Program-made: the position numbers and the translations under genes
In this document: positions 55,537 through 64,000 of the stretch, in pieces
Position numbering within the stretch: the stretch's first letter is position 1
How the letters are laid out: each line of letters begins with the position of its first letter
From: a virus
Length of the DNA stretch: 64,000 bases
IMG/VR virus record: IMGVR_UViG_3300027586_000003
Span: 41,002-105,001 of that record
Reading direction: 5' to 3' (one strand)
Notes under the pieces: generated by a model
Databases searched by the model: none
What the model was told of the DNA's origin: nothing
What the model saw: the letters and a program-made list of their open reading frames with translations, nothing else

Positions 55537-56106
55537 TCAAGCGAGAATCGCCGGTCGCTCGCCGTGGTAGTTGCGGGCCAAGTCCAGCCGCACCTCACGG
55601 CCATTCACCTTTCCGATGGAGTTGACCACAACACGGAAGGCGTCCTGAACCTGTTCGTCCGTGAACGGCAGCGACTCCTTGGCATCAATCAGCAGTTCGA
55701 CAACCGTGGTGTCGGTGGTCACGTCCTGACAGTCAATTGTTCCCCCATCGAACACCAAGTCAGCAATCTCGCGCAGCAACGGCGTCAGTTGCGCCGCCCC
55801 AAAGTCCGGGTTGCGCGTGAACTGGCGGCGTGTGTTATCCCGCTCGTCGGGCGTGGTGATGACCATGCGGCCCTCCTTGCCGTTCTCCTTCTCGACAGCG
55901 ATGCGATACAAAAGCTCCAAGGCGTGCAGGTTCGCCGCGCTCTTGCCCAGCACAGCACCGAAGCAGGCCGGTGATGGCTCGACGGTCAGCGTGATGCTGT
56001 TGCGCATCTCAACCTCACGATAGACAATGCGCGGCGTCGGGCACATGGCGTCCATGATGCGCTTGAAAATCTCACACCGTCGGCTGGCTTTGATTGGGGT
56101 TTGCAT
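55537..56106 (-). CDS. KH-domain (KhpA-like, apparently tandem) RNA-binding protein
   Basis: ITLTVEPSPACFGAVLGKSAANLHAL resembles the KH GxxG loop region; second degenerate repeat in the C-half. Confidence 0.6.
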   Translation of the reverse strand: MQTPIKASRRCEIFKRIMDAMCPTPRIVYREVEMRNSITLTVEPSPACFGAVLGKSAANLHALELLYRIAVEKENGKEGRMVITTPDERDNTRRQFTRNPDFGAAQLTPLLREIADLVFDGGTIDCQDVTTDTTVVELLIDAKESLPFTDEQVQDAFRVVVNSIGKVNGREVRLDLARNYHGERPAILA

Positions 56107-56216
56107 AATGAAGGTTTTGGTATTTCAAACCACGTCAAATAAAGGCCCGTGGCTCATCGCTTCAACACACTGCGGACTCATCCACAGCAATTCGGTTTGT
56201 TTCTGCTGAGTGATTC

Positions 56217-56498
56217 TCATACAAGCGTGTCCATAATGTTAAGCGTTTGCAACCACGCTTCTTTGGTTTTGAAATAGATTTCCATTGTGGTTTCGCCGCC
56301 GCTTTTGTCCATTAAGTAAATGTCTAAACCATAAAGAGCAGTGTCGTCTTTGTATGCGTAAAGCCCTCTGAAATCTAGTTGGTTGAAGCAAAAAAACAGC
56401 CGTCCGCTGATGTATATTCGCACGCGCCCGTTGTAAATTTTACAGGTGTATTTTTGGCTTTTGCTCGTTGGCTGAGAGCGTGTTAAATTTTTGGTCAT
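56217..56498 (-). CDS. AT-rich hypothetical protein
   Basis: 93 aa, visibly lower GC than flanks. Confidence 0.55.
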   Translation of the reverse strand: MTKNLTRSQPTSKSQKYTCKIYNGRVRIYISGRLFFCFNQLDFRGLYAYKDDTALYGLDIYLMDKSGGETTMEIYFKTKEAWLQTLNIMDTLV

Positions 56499-56634
56499 AA
56501 AATTTTAACTGGTTCTATGTAAGCGTTGTGGAAGCCAAACAAGATTTAGGTATTGTCGCCGTAGATAATAAAACCCTTATGCTGTGTTTTAATTTTCATT
56601 TGTCGTTGTCGTCAGCAGCGATGTAGCACGACGC

Positions 56635-56988
56635 TTACGCGGCGTCAATTCTGATACGTGGCCCGCTTTTCCGTCGGACTAGCTTCTCATAAGATTGGTG
56701 ATACGCTCGCCCGCTGAGTCCAGCCAGTTCAGGCCGCTTCTTTCGTATCAACGGAAACCCGGTGCCGGTCTGTAAGCCAGCCGCCTTTCGCTCGGCTCGG
56801 ATGCGCCGCATACATTCCAGATTTCGCTCGTTCTTTGAGCGGCCATCCGCCGGAACAACGGTTCTCGGCTTCCGCTCCGCACGCACTTGAACAATGACTG
56901 GAGCCTTGCTGAGTTGAATCTTTGGAAGCCAGCCAGCCTTGATAGCGTCTGCCACAACCTGCGGCCAGTTTTCCTGTGTGACGCTCAT
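56635..56988 (-). CDS. Basic hypothetical protein
   Basis: ATGA overlap with the DnaC-like gene. Confidence 0.6.
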   Translation of the reverse strand: MSVTQENWPQVVADAIKAGWLPKIQLSKAPVIVQVRAERKPRTVVPADGRSKNERNLECMRRIRAERKAAGLQTGTGFPLIRKKRPELAGLSGRAYHQSYEKLVRRKSGPRIRIDAA

Positions 56989-57650
56989 CGGCGGCTCGGC
57001 CAGTTGCAGGCAATCATTCCACCCGTCTCATTTAAGCGTGACACCAGCGACGGGCCAAGATGCGTGCTGAGTTCCGATGACGTGAGATTGGAAATCAGCA
57101 CCGTGTCTTTCACGTCATTATATCTCCGATTCAACAAGTGAAATAAAAGATTATTCTCCCACAGCGACTCACCGCGCTTTTCCACTTCGTCAATCACAAG
57201 CAAGCTTGGCTTCCTATATTCCTCAATCAGCTTTGTCTCGTCCTTATCGGCTTCGTCCTTATATGTCGCTTTAACTGCCATGAAGAATTCCATCGCCGTC
57301 GTGAACCTCGCCGACTTCATCCGCTTCTCGATTTGGTAGCGCATGAGTTCGACACCAAGCTGCGTCTTGCCGCCGCCGTGGACACCGTGCAGCACCACCA
57401 GAAACCCGGTGCCAAGTTTCGGTGCGAACGCACTTAGCGTTTTGCCCCACTCGCCATCCATTGCGACTGTGGTGTTTAACTGTCGCTTGGGCGCATTCCA
57501 GTTGAGCCTGAGTTCAGCAGCCTTGCACTCATTCATGTCCCGCTGCCTTTCAGCTTCACGGGCGTTCCGCTCCTCCGCCGTGCGAATTGGGCCTGCCGCT
57601 TGCAACCTTTCAAGTGAGATTTTCAGCGTGTCGGTGAGTGGTTCGGTCAT
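56985..57650 (-). CDS. DnaC/IstB-like AAA+ helicase loader
   Basis: GVHGGGKT, LLVIDEV, LLNRRY...TVLISNL...SRL. Confidence 0.9.
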   Translation of the reverse strand: MTEPLTDTLKISLERLQAAGPIRTAEERNAREAERQRDMNECKAAELRLNWNAPKRQLNTTVAMDGEWGKTLSAFAPKLGTGFLVVLHGVHGGGKTQLGVELMRYQIEKRMKSARFTTAMEFFMAVKATYKDEADKDETKLIEEYRKPSLLVIDEVEKRGESLWENNLLFHLLNRRYNDVKDTVLISNLTSSELSTHLGPSLVSRLNETGGMIACNWPSRR

Positions 57651-57699
57651 AGGGTTTGGCTTTCAGTTTCGAGTTGTCTGAATATGAGTTGCTTTGCGT

Positions 57700-58245
57700 T
57701 CACAGTAGCTTTGGCATCATCTTGCAATTCAGCACATAGCTATCCTTGGCATTCCCAGCTTCGTCATTTACGCGCCTCTCGTATCGGTGAATTGGAACCT
57801 TTCCAGTCTCAATACGCATGAGAAGCGACTTTAGGAGAACCATGTGTGTGCCGGTGTAAAATTCATGGTTCACATCAAAGATGATGCATATGTTGGGATA
57901 TTTCTCCTTGTAACGCTCCACGTCCTTGACGTTCAAGGTTACTGCATCGCTTGATTGTATGCCAAACTTTGCAAAAGCTGTCCGAAATGGCGTGGTGACG
58001 GTCTTTACATCGCACTGGAGCATGAGGAATAAATCATGTGTGTATTGGTCAGTGGATTTTGCCGGGTTCAGTAACACGGACGCACCGGAGTCAAACAGCC
58101 TTGTGACGAAGAGCTTCTCCTTCACCTCGCCGTCCCTGCACCAAGCATACTTATTTTCGGTGTCGTGCATGAGTTCGGGGGAGTTCACTTGCGGGAACTC
58201 CTCTTCGCGCTGCTGCCATTCTTCCAACGCCATTTGCTCGCTCAT
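57700..58245 (-). CDS. Hypothetical protein, possible PD-(D/E)XK nuclease
   Basis: E..F...HDL...CDVK motif; ATGA overlap with the rep gene; lower GC. Confidence 0.55.
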   Translation of the reverse strand: MSEQMALEEWQQREEEFPQVNSPELMHDTENKYAWCRDGEVKEKLFVTRLFDSGASVLLNPAKSTDQYTHDLFLMLQCDVKTVTTPFRTAFAKFGIQSSDAVTLNVKDVERYKEKYPNICIIFDVNHEFYTGTHMVLLKSLLMRIETGKVPIHRYERRVNDEAGNAKDSYVLNCKMMPKLL

Positions 58246-59249
58246 AGCTGCATGACTTTGCCCATCAAGACGGGCGTGGTGGACTGCGGTTGGCCGGACG
58301 TGCGGTGGGTGCTGGCTGGCTCCGGTGCGGCAAGCTCTGCTCGAATCTCGTTCAGGCGGGCGGCGAAGTAGGTAATGGTCACGGCCTTCTCGCAGTGCCA
58401 GAACTTCGGCCCGGACTTCTGCCAAGCCGCCTGCGCCGTGGCGATGAGTTCGTCCACGTCGGGGTCAAAGGCGAGGAGTTCCTTGACGGCCTTGCCATCC
58501 ATGCCACCCGTCACCTTGTATTTCTCGCCTCGGTCGTTTTCGTAGGCGGCGCACCATTCGGAGAAGAAGTGCGCGTGAGCGACACCGTTCTTCGCGCCCA
58601 CGTAAGGCTTGCGGCTCTTTTTGGCGTCACCGGGCGTCTCGGCAGGGTTTGAGGGTTCCGAAGGCGCGGCGGGGCTTGCAGGCGGCTCCACGGCAGGCTC
58701 AGACTGAATCCCGGCTCCCGTCACCACAACCGGCTCGCCGCTTGCGGCGAGAATGGTTCCTGCCTCTCCCTGTTGCCTGCTCCCTGTTGCCTCTCCCTCT
58801 GCATGGGCTGATTGCGGCTTACTACGGCTTACTACGGCTGACGGCGGCTTACTACGGCTGACGGCGGCTGACGCTTCTGCGGCCTTCACGGCACGGTATT
58901 TCGACTGCGCCTTGCGGTTCTGCTCTCGCTTGTCTTCGGAGTCCCTGATTGTCCGGTATTTGACGTAATTCACTACCTGCCAACCCCATACGCGGTGAGC
59001 ATCCATCCGCACAAGCCTCGCACCACCCTCTTCCGGCGACCGGCTTTCAGTGTCAGGAGCCTCCAAATGTTCGATGGCAGCCTTCACTTCATCAAGGCTC
59101 AAACCGACCTCATCAGAGATTGCCTTGAAGTGCTTGTCCACGAAACCATCCCGGTCGCAGTGCGCAAGGAGGTTGGTGAAGACGAGGATTTCATGGGCGC
59201 GGCCTCGGAGCGTGCCTTGGTAGAGGGAGGCGAAGAGCTTGCAATACAT
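58242..59249 (-). CDS. Phage replication initiator (replisome organizer)
   Basis: MYCKLF.S...GTL...LLAHCDRDG...L.APD..SRS...GARL...GWQVVNYVKYR N-terminal wHTH, low-complexity linker with DNA repeats, upstream of the DnaC-like gene. Confidence 0.8.
   Translation of the reverse strand: MYCKLFASLYQGTLRGRAHEILVFTNLLAHCDRDGFVDKHFKAISDEVGLSLDEVKAAIEHLEAPDTESRSPEEGGARLVRMDAHRVWGWQVVNYVKYRTIRDSEDKREQNRKAQSKYRAVKAAEASAAVSRSKPPSAVVSRSKPQSAHAEGEATGSRQQGEAGTILAASGEPVVVTGAGIQSEPAVEPPASPAAPSEPSNPAETPGDAKKSRKPYVGAKNGVAHAHFFSEWCAAYENDRGEKYKVTGGMDGKAVKELLAFDPDVDELIATAQAAWQKSGPKFWHCEKAVTITYFAARLNEIRAELAAPEPASTHRTSGQPQSTTPVLMGKVMQL
58815..58873. repeat. 11-bp tandem repeats (putative origin iterons)
   Basis: cggcttacta / cggctgacgg units of 10-11 bp, ~6 copies, inside the rep gene. 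Confidence 0.7.
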
Positions 59250-59394
59250 GAGAGAATTAGTAAGCCGCCAGTTATTACTGTCAACGATAAATCTTACTGT
59301 CATCAAATCTGATACTCAACACCTCACGGCGGGACTCATGCGAGGGTAGGCTTCCTGAATCCAGCGCACTCGCTCTCAAATCGCAGCCACAGAC

Positions 59395-59673
59395 TCACGC
59401 CAACGGCTCTCCATCCGGCCCGATGATTCGCCACCGCTTGCTGCCGCAGTCCTTACAGCCGCCGGTCAAGCTTAACGGATTGGTCGTGGCAGCGTTAAAA
59501 ACCACTTCCACGCCACATTCATCGCAGAGGAATCGGCATATACGGCTACGATGCTCCTGACACCGCTCGGTTGCGGCCAAGGCTTCGGCCCGTTCGCGGG
59601 TTGCGCCGCCGTCGTATTGGTGGATTGCGGCCCGCTCCTCCTGAATCTCCCGGCAGTGTGGGCAGGCGGTCAC
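59395..59673 (-). CDS. Zn-binding hypothetical protein
   Basis: EERAAI..YDGG..R..AE motif plus CxxC pairs. Confidence 0.65.
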   Translation of the reverse strand: MTACPHCREIQEERAAIHQYDGGATRERAEALAATERCQEHRSRICRFLCDECGVEVVFNAATTNPLSLTGGCKDCGSKRWRIIGPDGEPLA

Positions 59674-60017
59674 GGCGTCCGAAGCTCCCTGAACGTGATG
59701 AAGCCTTGTAAGTCGGGGTGTTCCGCCATCATCTTCCTCGCGTAGCGACTACGATAGTTGTTGCACAACTTGTAGTCGCTGTTCGGGTCGTCGGTGGACT
59801 GATAGTAGTTCCAGCGAAGGACTTCGTAGAGCATCCCAATGCCGATTTTTCTGCGGCCTCGGCTTTGTATTTGCCGGGCCAGCGCAACCAACAAGTTGAA
59901 CACCGTTGGATTTATGTCGTGAAAACTCTCAAACTTCTCCTGTATCGTCCGCGCTGTGCCTGCCTCAACCTCGTTGAGTGGAGGAACGAGAATGTCGTGA
60001 AATGTTTGTTGGCTCAT
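59670..60017 (-). CDS. Conserved phage hypothetical protein
   Basis: F..FH..NP.V...YEVLRW...YKLCNNY...YAR; start MSQQTF. Confidence 0.7.
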   Translation of the reverse strand: MSQQTFHDILVPPLNEVEAGTARTIQEKFESFHDINPTVFNLLVALARQIQSRGRRKIGIGMLYEVLRWNYYQSTDDPNSDYKLCNNYRSRYARKMMAEHPDLQGFITFRELRTP

Positions 60018-60028
60018 GGCAGCACAGA

Positions 60029-60766
60029 TTACGAGCGCACCGACACGGTCACGCCCCAAGTGATTTCAAGTCCGGGGAACTCTGCCCCCTCAAAAAGAAC
60101 ATCGTTCAGCGCAGAGCGGTTAAGCTCCATGCGAACCAGTGCTGGGTTGTGGGCAAGCAGTGCCACCAAGTCTTTCACCACAACGGTCGGCACTCGCTTA
60201 ACGGCCATGCCGGTTGCCCTCTGAACCTCTGGCAATGGTGCGTAGATAGCAGTCGTTGCGGCTGCTGCCGCCTGAATCACCACCGCCTCCGCCGCTACCG
60301 CACGGTCAAGCTCCACTGGCCCGGCCATTGGGTTGTTCAGCTTGGCTTCGGCTGCGGCTTGGGCGTCCCGTGCGGCTTGCTCATTGGCCTGCAACTGTGC
60401 AATGGCATCCGCCCGCCGACGGTTCTCGTGCTCCACCCGCTGTATCTCAGCATTCTGAAACGTAGAAATCAGCCTTGTAACCCGACTGTATTCGGAATCC
60501 AACTGACCGGAGAAATCTTTGGCGATGCTATCAATCTTCCGCCCTAAATCCAACACCGGTTTCTTGACTGAAGTTCTGGCGATTTCAAGGTCGCCCAACA
60601 GTCCCTTAATGTCTCGGCAAACTTCTGCGGCGACACGTTGCTCGTCTGCGCTGGCGACGGACTCGACCTGCGATGAGTCCGCAAGGATGATAGCCCGACG
60701 TTCGTGTGATGATGGTGCCAGTTCTACGCTAGACATTGGCCCGCTGAAAAGTATGAGTGCGCTCAT
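60029..60766 (-). CDS. Coiled-coil phage protein (recombination region)
   Basis: E.ARTSVKKPVLDLGRKID...coiled coil...PGLEI. Confidence 0.7.
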   Translation of the reverse strand: MSALILFSGPMSSVELAPSSHERRAIILADSSQVESVASADEQRVAAEVCRDIKGLLGDLEIARTSVKKPVLDLGRKIDSIAKDFSGQLDSEYSRVTRLISTFQNAEIQRVEHENRRRADAIAQLQANEQAARDAQAAAEAKLNNPMAGPVELDRAVAAEAVVIQAAAAATTAIYAPLPEVQRATGMAVKRVPTVVVKDLVALLAHNPALVRMELNRSALNDVLFEGAEFPGLEITWGVTVSVRS

Positions 60767-60788
60767 AGATTGAAAGGCTGTCCGACGG

Positions 60789-61412
60789 TTAGCTGATTTT
60801 CTCGATGCTGCCGCACGGGATGTCGGTGAACAACATACGGCGGTCGGCGGCGATGAAGAGCGTGGACACGACTGCCTGAAACTGCTCGTCAGTCATCGGC
60901 CTATCAATGTGACCTTTATCGAATTCAGTGCGCACGTATTCGCCTCCCGCAAGGCAGAACAGGTAGCCGTTCGCCAACTTGTTCAGTTCCCGCTTGCAGT
61001 GTGCGACCGGATTCTCGCTGGCGACGGTGCGGGCTACTGGAGCCTGCTGCGGGACTGTCCTTTGGGCAGCAATCGTAACCGTTTGGCCGACTTGCTGCGG
61101 AACCGGTGCGTGCTGGGCTTGCGGGAGTTGCTGCGGCAGCGGTGCGTTGCCAACTGGGGCAACAGCGATGGTTGCCGTTTCGCGGCCTCCAAGGGCGGTA
61201 AGCGAAACCTCCCGCCCCTTCAACCCGGTCAACGCTTGCGCACAAGCGTCATTCTCGGTGTCGTAGCGGCGGGAATAGCCGTCCAGCTTGAGCATGACGT
61301 AGGGCGGCTTTCCGGCATACTTAGAGTTCAGAACGTCCGTCTCGACCAGCACGGCAACCTGCCCACGTTTGGACAGTTCGCTGTGATACAGGGTTGTTTT
61401 TGGGGCTTCCAT
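60789..61412 (-). CDS. Putative ssDNA-binding protein
   Basis: N-terminal beta domain, Gln/Pro linker, helical C-terminus; own promoter; function inferred from architecture and position. Confidence 0.45.
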   Translation of the reverse strand: MEAPKTTLYHSELSKRGQVAVLVETDVLNSKYAGKPPYVMLKLDGYSRRYDTENDACAQALTGLKGREVSLTALGGRETATIAVAPVGNAPLPQQLPQAQHAPVPQQVGQTVTIAAQRTVPQQAPVARTVASENPVAHCKRELNKLANGYLFCLAGGEYVRTEFDKGHIDRPMTDEQFQAVVSTLFIAADRRMLFTDIPCGSIEKIS

Positions 61413-61466
61413 AGTTTTGTCGTTGTCGTTGTTTTGTTGCCACCGGAATTACGGTGCGATGTGAGG

Positions 61467-61495
61467 AAGTTACACGCCTCCAAGCACCACGTCAA
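61467..61495 (-). promoter_or_regulatory. sigma70-like promoter
   Basis: TTGACG-N17-TAACTT. Confidence 0.6.
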
Positions 61496-61508
61496 GGGTT
61501 TTGCAAAA

Positions 61509-63044
61509 TTATTTTGACACCGAACCGATAATCGCACGCACCCTCGAAGCCGTGTGGTCGCCGTAGCGAATGGCTTTCTTATTGTCCACCCCGGCGTCGG
61601 CGATGAACCGCCCTGCAACCTCGCTGATGTTCTCAAGCTCGCGGTTCAGCATCGCGTCGCTGGCTTTGGTCGCCTTCTCAATCTCTGTCGCAACCGACCT
61701 GATGCTGTTCTGCGTAGCCTCGTCAAAGTTGAACCCGGCGTAAGGGTCTTCCTCCTGCTGCTGCGCTGCCGCTTCCTGTTCAGCTTTGGCAGCGGCTTCC
61801 TGTTTCGCTTGTTCCGCTGCTGCCGCTTTCTCCTGCAACTCGACTTCAATCTCACGCTTGAGTTTGATGCGGTAGCCAGTCTTTTCGATAAGCTGTCCAA
61901 CATCCATCTCGTAGCCAGCCGCATTCAATTCTTGCGCGTCCTTGATAGTCTTGTCGCCTTCACCAATGTCTTGATGGTTAAGTGCGAAATACACCATCGC
62001 ATCCGCGTCTGGGAATTCGCGGGCAAGCTCAATTTCGTCATACTGGCGTTGGAACGCCTCTGAAATCAGCACCGCCTCACCCGCTGCAATGTCTGTGAAG
62101 GCATCTTGGTGGTTCTTTGACTGCCCCTCATTCATGCCGGTGGCCTGCGACAGCGCGGTTAGAAGCCCACCGGTCGCTGCCAAGACAATCTGTTTGTCCT
62201 GATAGTCAATGTGCTCCATAAACGGCCTTCCGCCACGGGAACCGTCGGGGACGCTCGCCACTTTTGCGCCGTTGGGCAGCACGCCGCGTGAGTCGCCAAT
62301 GACCTGCTCGATAATGGTCTGATACTCCGCGCCGCCCGTGCCGACACCCATTGGCATTTCGATGAACAGCGGCGGGATTCCGAATGTTTCCACGAACCCA
62401 TCCCAATCCTTTTGGCTCATGTTCTTCCGCAGAAAACAGATGGACGCGATTTCGTCAATCGGGCTTTCCACTTCACGAATCACGAAGTTAATCGGGTTAA
62501 TCTCTTGGCCTCGGTTTGTGCTGATGGCGCGAGGATTGTAATACCACTTCGGGTCTGGCATCCGCCTCGCCCAATACCACTGCGGAACAGGCTCAAAGTG
62601 AAACACCCCTTCATCCGGTCGCTGATTCCGGTAGTGTTTCTCGATGTGCGCAAACCCACGGAAATCCGCTCCAGCAAGGAACTCGATTGAGGCTTTTAGG
62701 TTGTCAACCCCGTCGTAGCATTCGTGAAGAAATTCCTGCTGCTTCTTTGCGGCGTCTGTAGGCTTGGAATCGCCGCCCTTCGTCTTCTTGGCGAACTTCT
62801 CTTTCACTTTGATTGACCAGTCCAGAGTTTTGATGGCCGCGAACCTTCGCCGTTTCACCGCAAGCAATGTGGCGTCACGCTTTTCAATGTAGTGAAACAG
62901 CCAAGAAATGTCGGCGTAATAACCCCGCTCCGCCATGTTCAGCATTGACACCAACCGCGACATTGTCAGGCCGACAAGCGGGTTGTAGTTGTAACGCCAA
63001 TTTGCGCCGGGCGTGAAGGCAACATTTGCGGGCCGAACTTGCAT
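61509..63044 (-). CDS. Portal protein (Mu gp29 / DUF935-like)
   Basis: IEKRDA.L....RR..AI..LDW, DW..FVE.FGIP, G..LT, H.D.F.DI...EA motifs; likely start MQVRPAN at 63044. Confidence 0.88.
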   Translation of the reverse strand: MQVRPANVAFTPGANWRYNYNPLVGLTMSRLVSMLNMAERGYYADISWLFHYIEKRDATLLAVKRRRFAAIKTLDWSIKVKEKFAKKTKGGDSKPTDAAKKQQEFLHECYDGVDNLKASIEFLAGADFRGFAHIEKHYRNQRPDEGVFHFEPVPQWYWARRMPDPKWYYNPRAISTNRGQEINPINFVIREVESPIDEIASICFLRKNMSQKDWDGFVETFGIPPLFIEMPMGVGTGGAEYQTIIEQVIGDSRGVLPNGAKVASVPDGSRGGRPFMEHIDYQDKQIVLAATGGLLTALSQATGMNEGQSKNHQDAFTDIAAGEAVLISEAFQRQYDEIELAREFPDADAMVYFALNHQDIGEGDKTIKDAQELNAAGYEMDVGQLIEKTGYRIKLKREIEVELQEKAAAAEQAKQEAAAKAEQEAAAQQQEEDPYAGFNFDEATQNSIRSVATEIEKATKASDAMLNRELENISEVAGRFIADAGVDNKKAIRYGDHTASRVRAIIGSVSK

Positions 63045-63091
63045 TGCAAATGGCGTAACACAGCGAACCGCAACGCGCAAGTGCGCAAGTG

Positions 63092-63349
63092 CTACGTGTT
63101 TTTAGCACGAAGCTGCTTGAACTCCTTCTTGTAATCCCGCTCTACCGCCGCCGCCGCTTGGGTGGAAAGCTCGCCCCGCCCAAGCCGGAGAAGAATTATC
63201 TCGGCTAACCGCACTCGGTAACTATCCGTTTTATGCGAGCGATATTGATCGTCGTGCATTCGTTGCCGATTGTCGCGTCGCCACGCCGTATGTGAAAACC
63301 CGTTACCGGAAGCATTGTGGTCTGGAAGCTCGCCTGCGGCGTAACTCAT
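63092..63349 (-). CDS. Hypothetical protein
   Basis: 85 aa, ATGA coupled. Confidence 0.55.
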   Translation of the reverse strand: MSYAAGELPDHNASGNGFSHTAWRRDNRQRMHDDQYRSHKTDSYRVRLAEIILLRLGRGELSTQAAAAVERDYKKEFKQLRAKNT

Positions 63350-63765
63350 AGGGACTTCAAGGCGTTCTTTGCGATGATTTCGGCGGCGGTGATGTTGAAG
63401 CGGATTTCCCCATCGCTACAACGCCTCGCCTGCTCGGTTGACCGCATGATGGCGATGAAAGCCGTGCGGCAGTTTTCCAGCTTGGCAGTGGCGTCAACCA
63501 GCTTCGCTTCCAGCAGCAGGATTGCCGCACTGTCCACCTTTTCAGCGAACGTGATGCGTCCGGTTTCGGCATCTTGAGTCCGTGCGGGCGGCTGGGCCGT
63601 CACTGGCTTGGCGATAGGAGCGACCGGCGGAGTAATGTCGGGCGTTAAAAATCCCATCTGATACTTTTCGGCGACTTTATCTGCTTGTTCTGCTTTCATA
63701 GTGTGTGTTCTACAGCGTTGACCAAATTGACCTCTTTTTATCGCACGGCTGAAAGCCCGTGTCAC
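63346..63765 (-). CDS. Hypothetical protein (start may be 63699)
   Basis: ORF in operon orientation. Confidence 0.55.
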   Translation of the reverse strand: MTRAFSRAIKRGQFGQRCRTHTMKAEQADKVAEKYQMGFLTPDITPPVAPIAKPVTAQPPARTQDAETGRITFAEKVDSAAILLLEAKLVDATAKLENCRTAFIAIMRSTEQARRCSDGEIRFNITAAEIIAKNALKSL

Positions 63766-63816
63766 GGTGACTCCGTGAGGGATTTTAATTGCGGCGAATT
63801 TGCCATATTAAAAGGC

Positions 63817-64000
63817 TCAAGCACGCCCCCTCGCCGCCCGCCGCTCTTTGGCGGCCTCACGCTTCGCCCGTGCGAGCGCAGCGACCTCAACCCGGTGGAC
63901 GTAGGAATACAAGTCGAATGCACTGACCGCCTTGCGCTGCCGTGTGCCTTTGGGCCGGAACACAATCAAATCGCCGTCCATCAAGCTCACCACGAGCTTG
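63817..64000 (-). CDS. Partial hypothetical protein (5' end beyond window)
   Basis: ...KLVVSLMDGDLIVFRPKGTRQRKAVSAFDLYSYVHRVEVAALARAKREAAKERRAARGRA*. Confidence 0.6.
   Translation of the reverse strand, partial: KLVVSLMDGDLIVFRPKGTRQRKAVSAFDLYSYVHRVEVAALARAKREAAKERRAARGRA

Noticed and set aside
56495-56599. Short ORF MKIKTQHKGFIIYGDNT after an A/C-rich leader
   Set aside because: Only 17 codons; could be a remnant but cannot be supported.
56985-57650. IS21 element (IstB)
   Set aside because: No IstA transposase or inverted repeats; context is a phage initiator-loader pair.

Overview
64 kb internal segment of a large tailed dsDNA phage genome. Essentially all real genes are on the - strand; the many + strand ORFs are antisense shadows. 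In transcription order (right to left): Mu-type portal (DUF935); an early/replication block (SSB-like, coiled-coil protein, replication initiator with internal iterons, DnaC/IstB loader); a KH-domain protein, a ~850-nt structured non-coding region and a tmRNA; ParB-N, an HDAC-family deacetylase, a 1097-aa GNAT-tipped protein, a PAPS-reductase-like module, HNH-like, RusA, SF2 helicase, small promoter-bearing genes and DUF932; then the head module (two low-complexity proteins, Mu gpI-like protease, scaffold, cement, major capsid, gp36-like adaptor); a 2212-aa polyvalent protein (4 ART-like domains, InPase, ParB-like, CCA-adding/HD enzyme) and a PI3/4K-HipA-like kinase; neck/tail-tube genes; and ~17 kb of fibre/adhesin genes, including a >=1493-aa ORF running off the left edge that the ORF track missed. 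The most striking pattern is that six separate genes carry 14 full copies of a short C-x10-C tag (PCG[DE]S[FH]I-x4-C[HR]VG). Each copy follows a hydrophobic-x-Asn site, and the same site saturates the scaffold protein. I infer a capsid-packaged, prohead-protease-processed cargo system that delivers individually tagged effector enzymes, some aimed at protecting or rewiring translation (CCA enzyme, a CCA-less tmRNA, a tRNA-fMet-like minihelix). Family assignments are from motif recognition by eye, not database searches.
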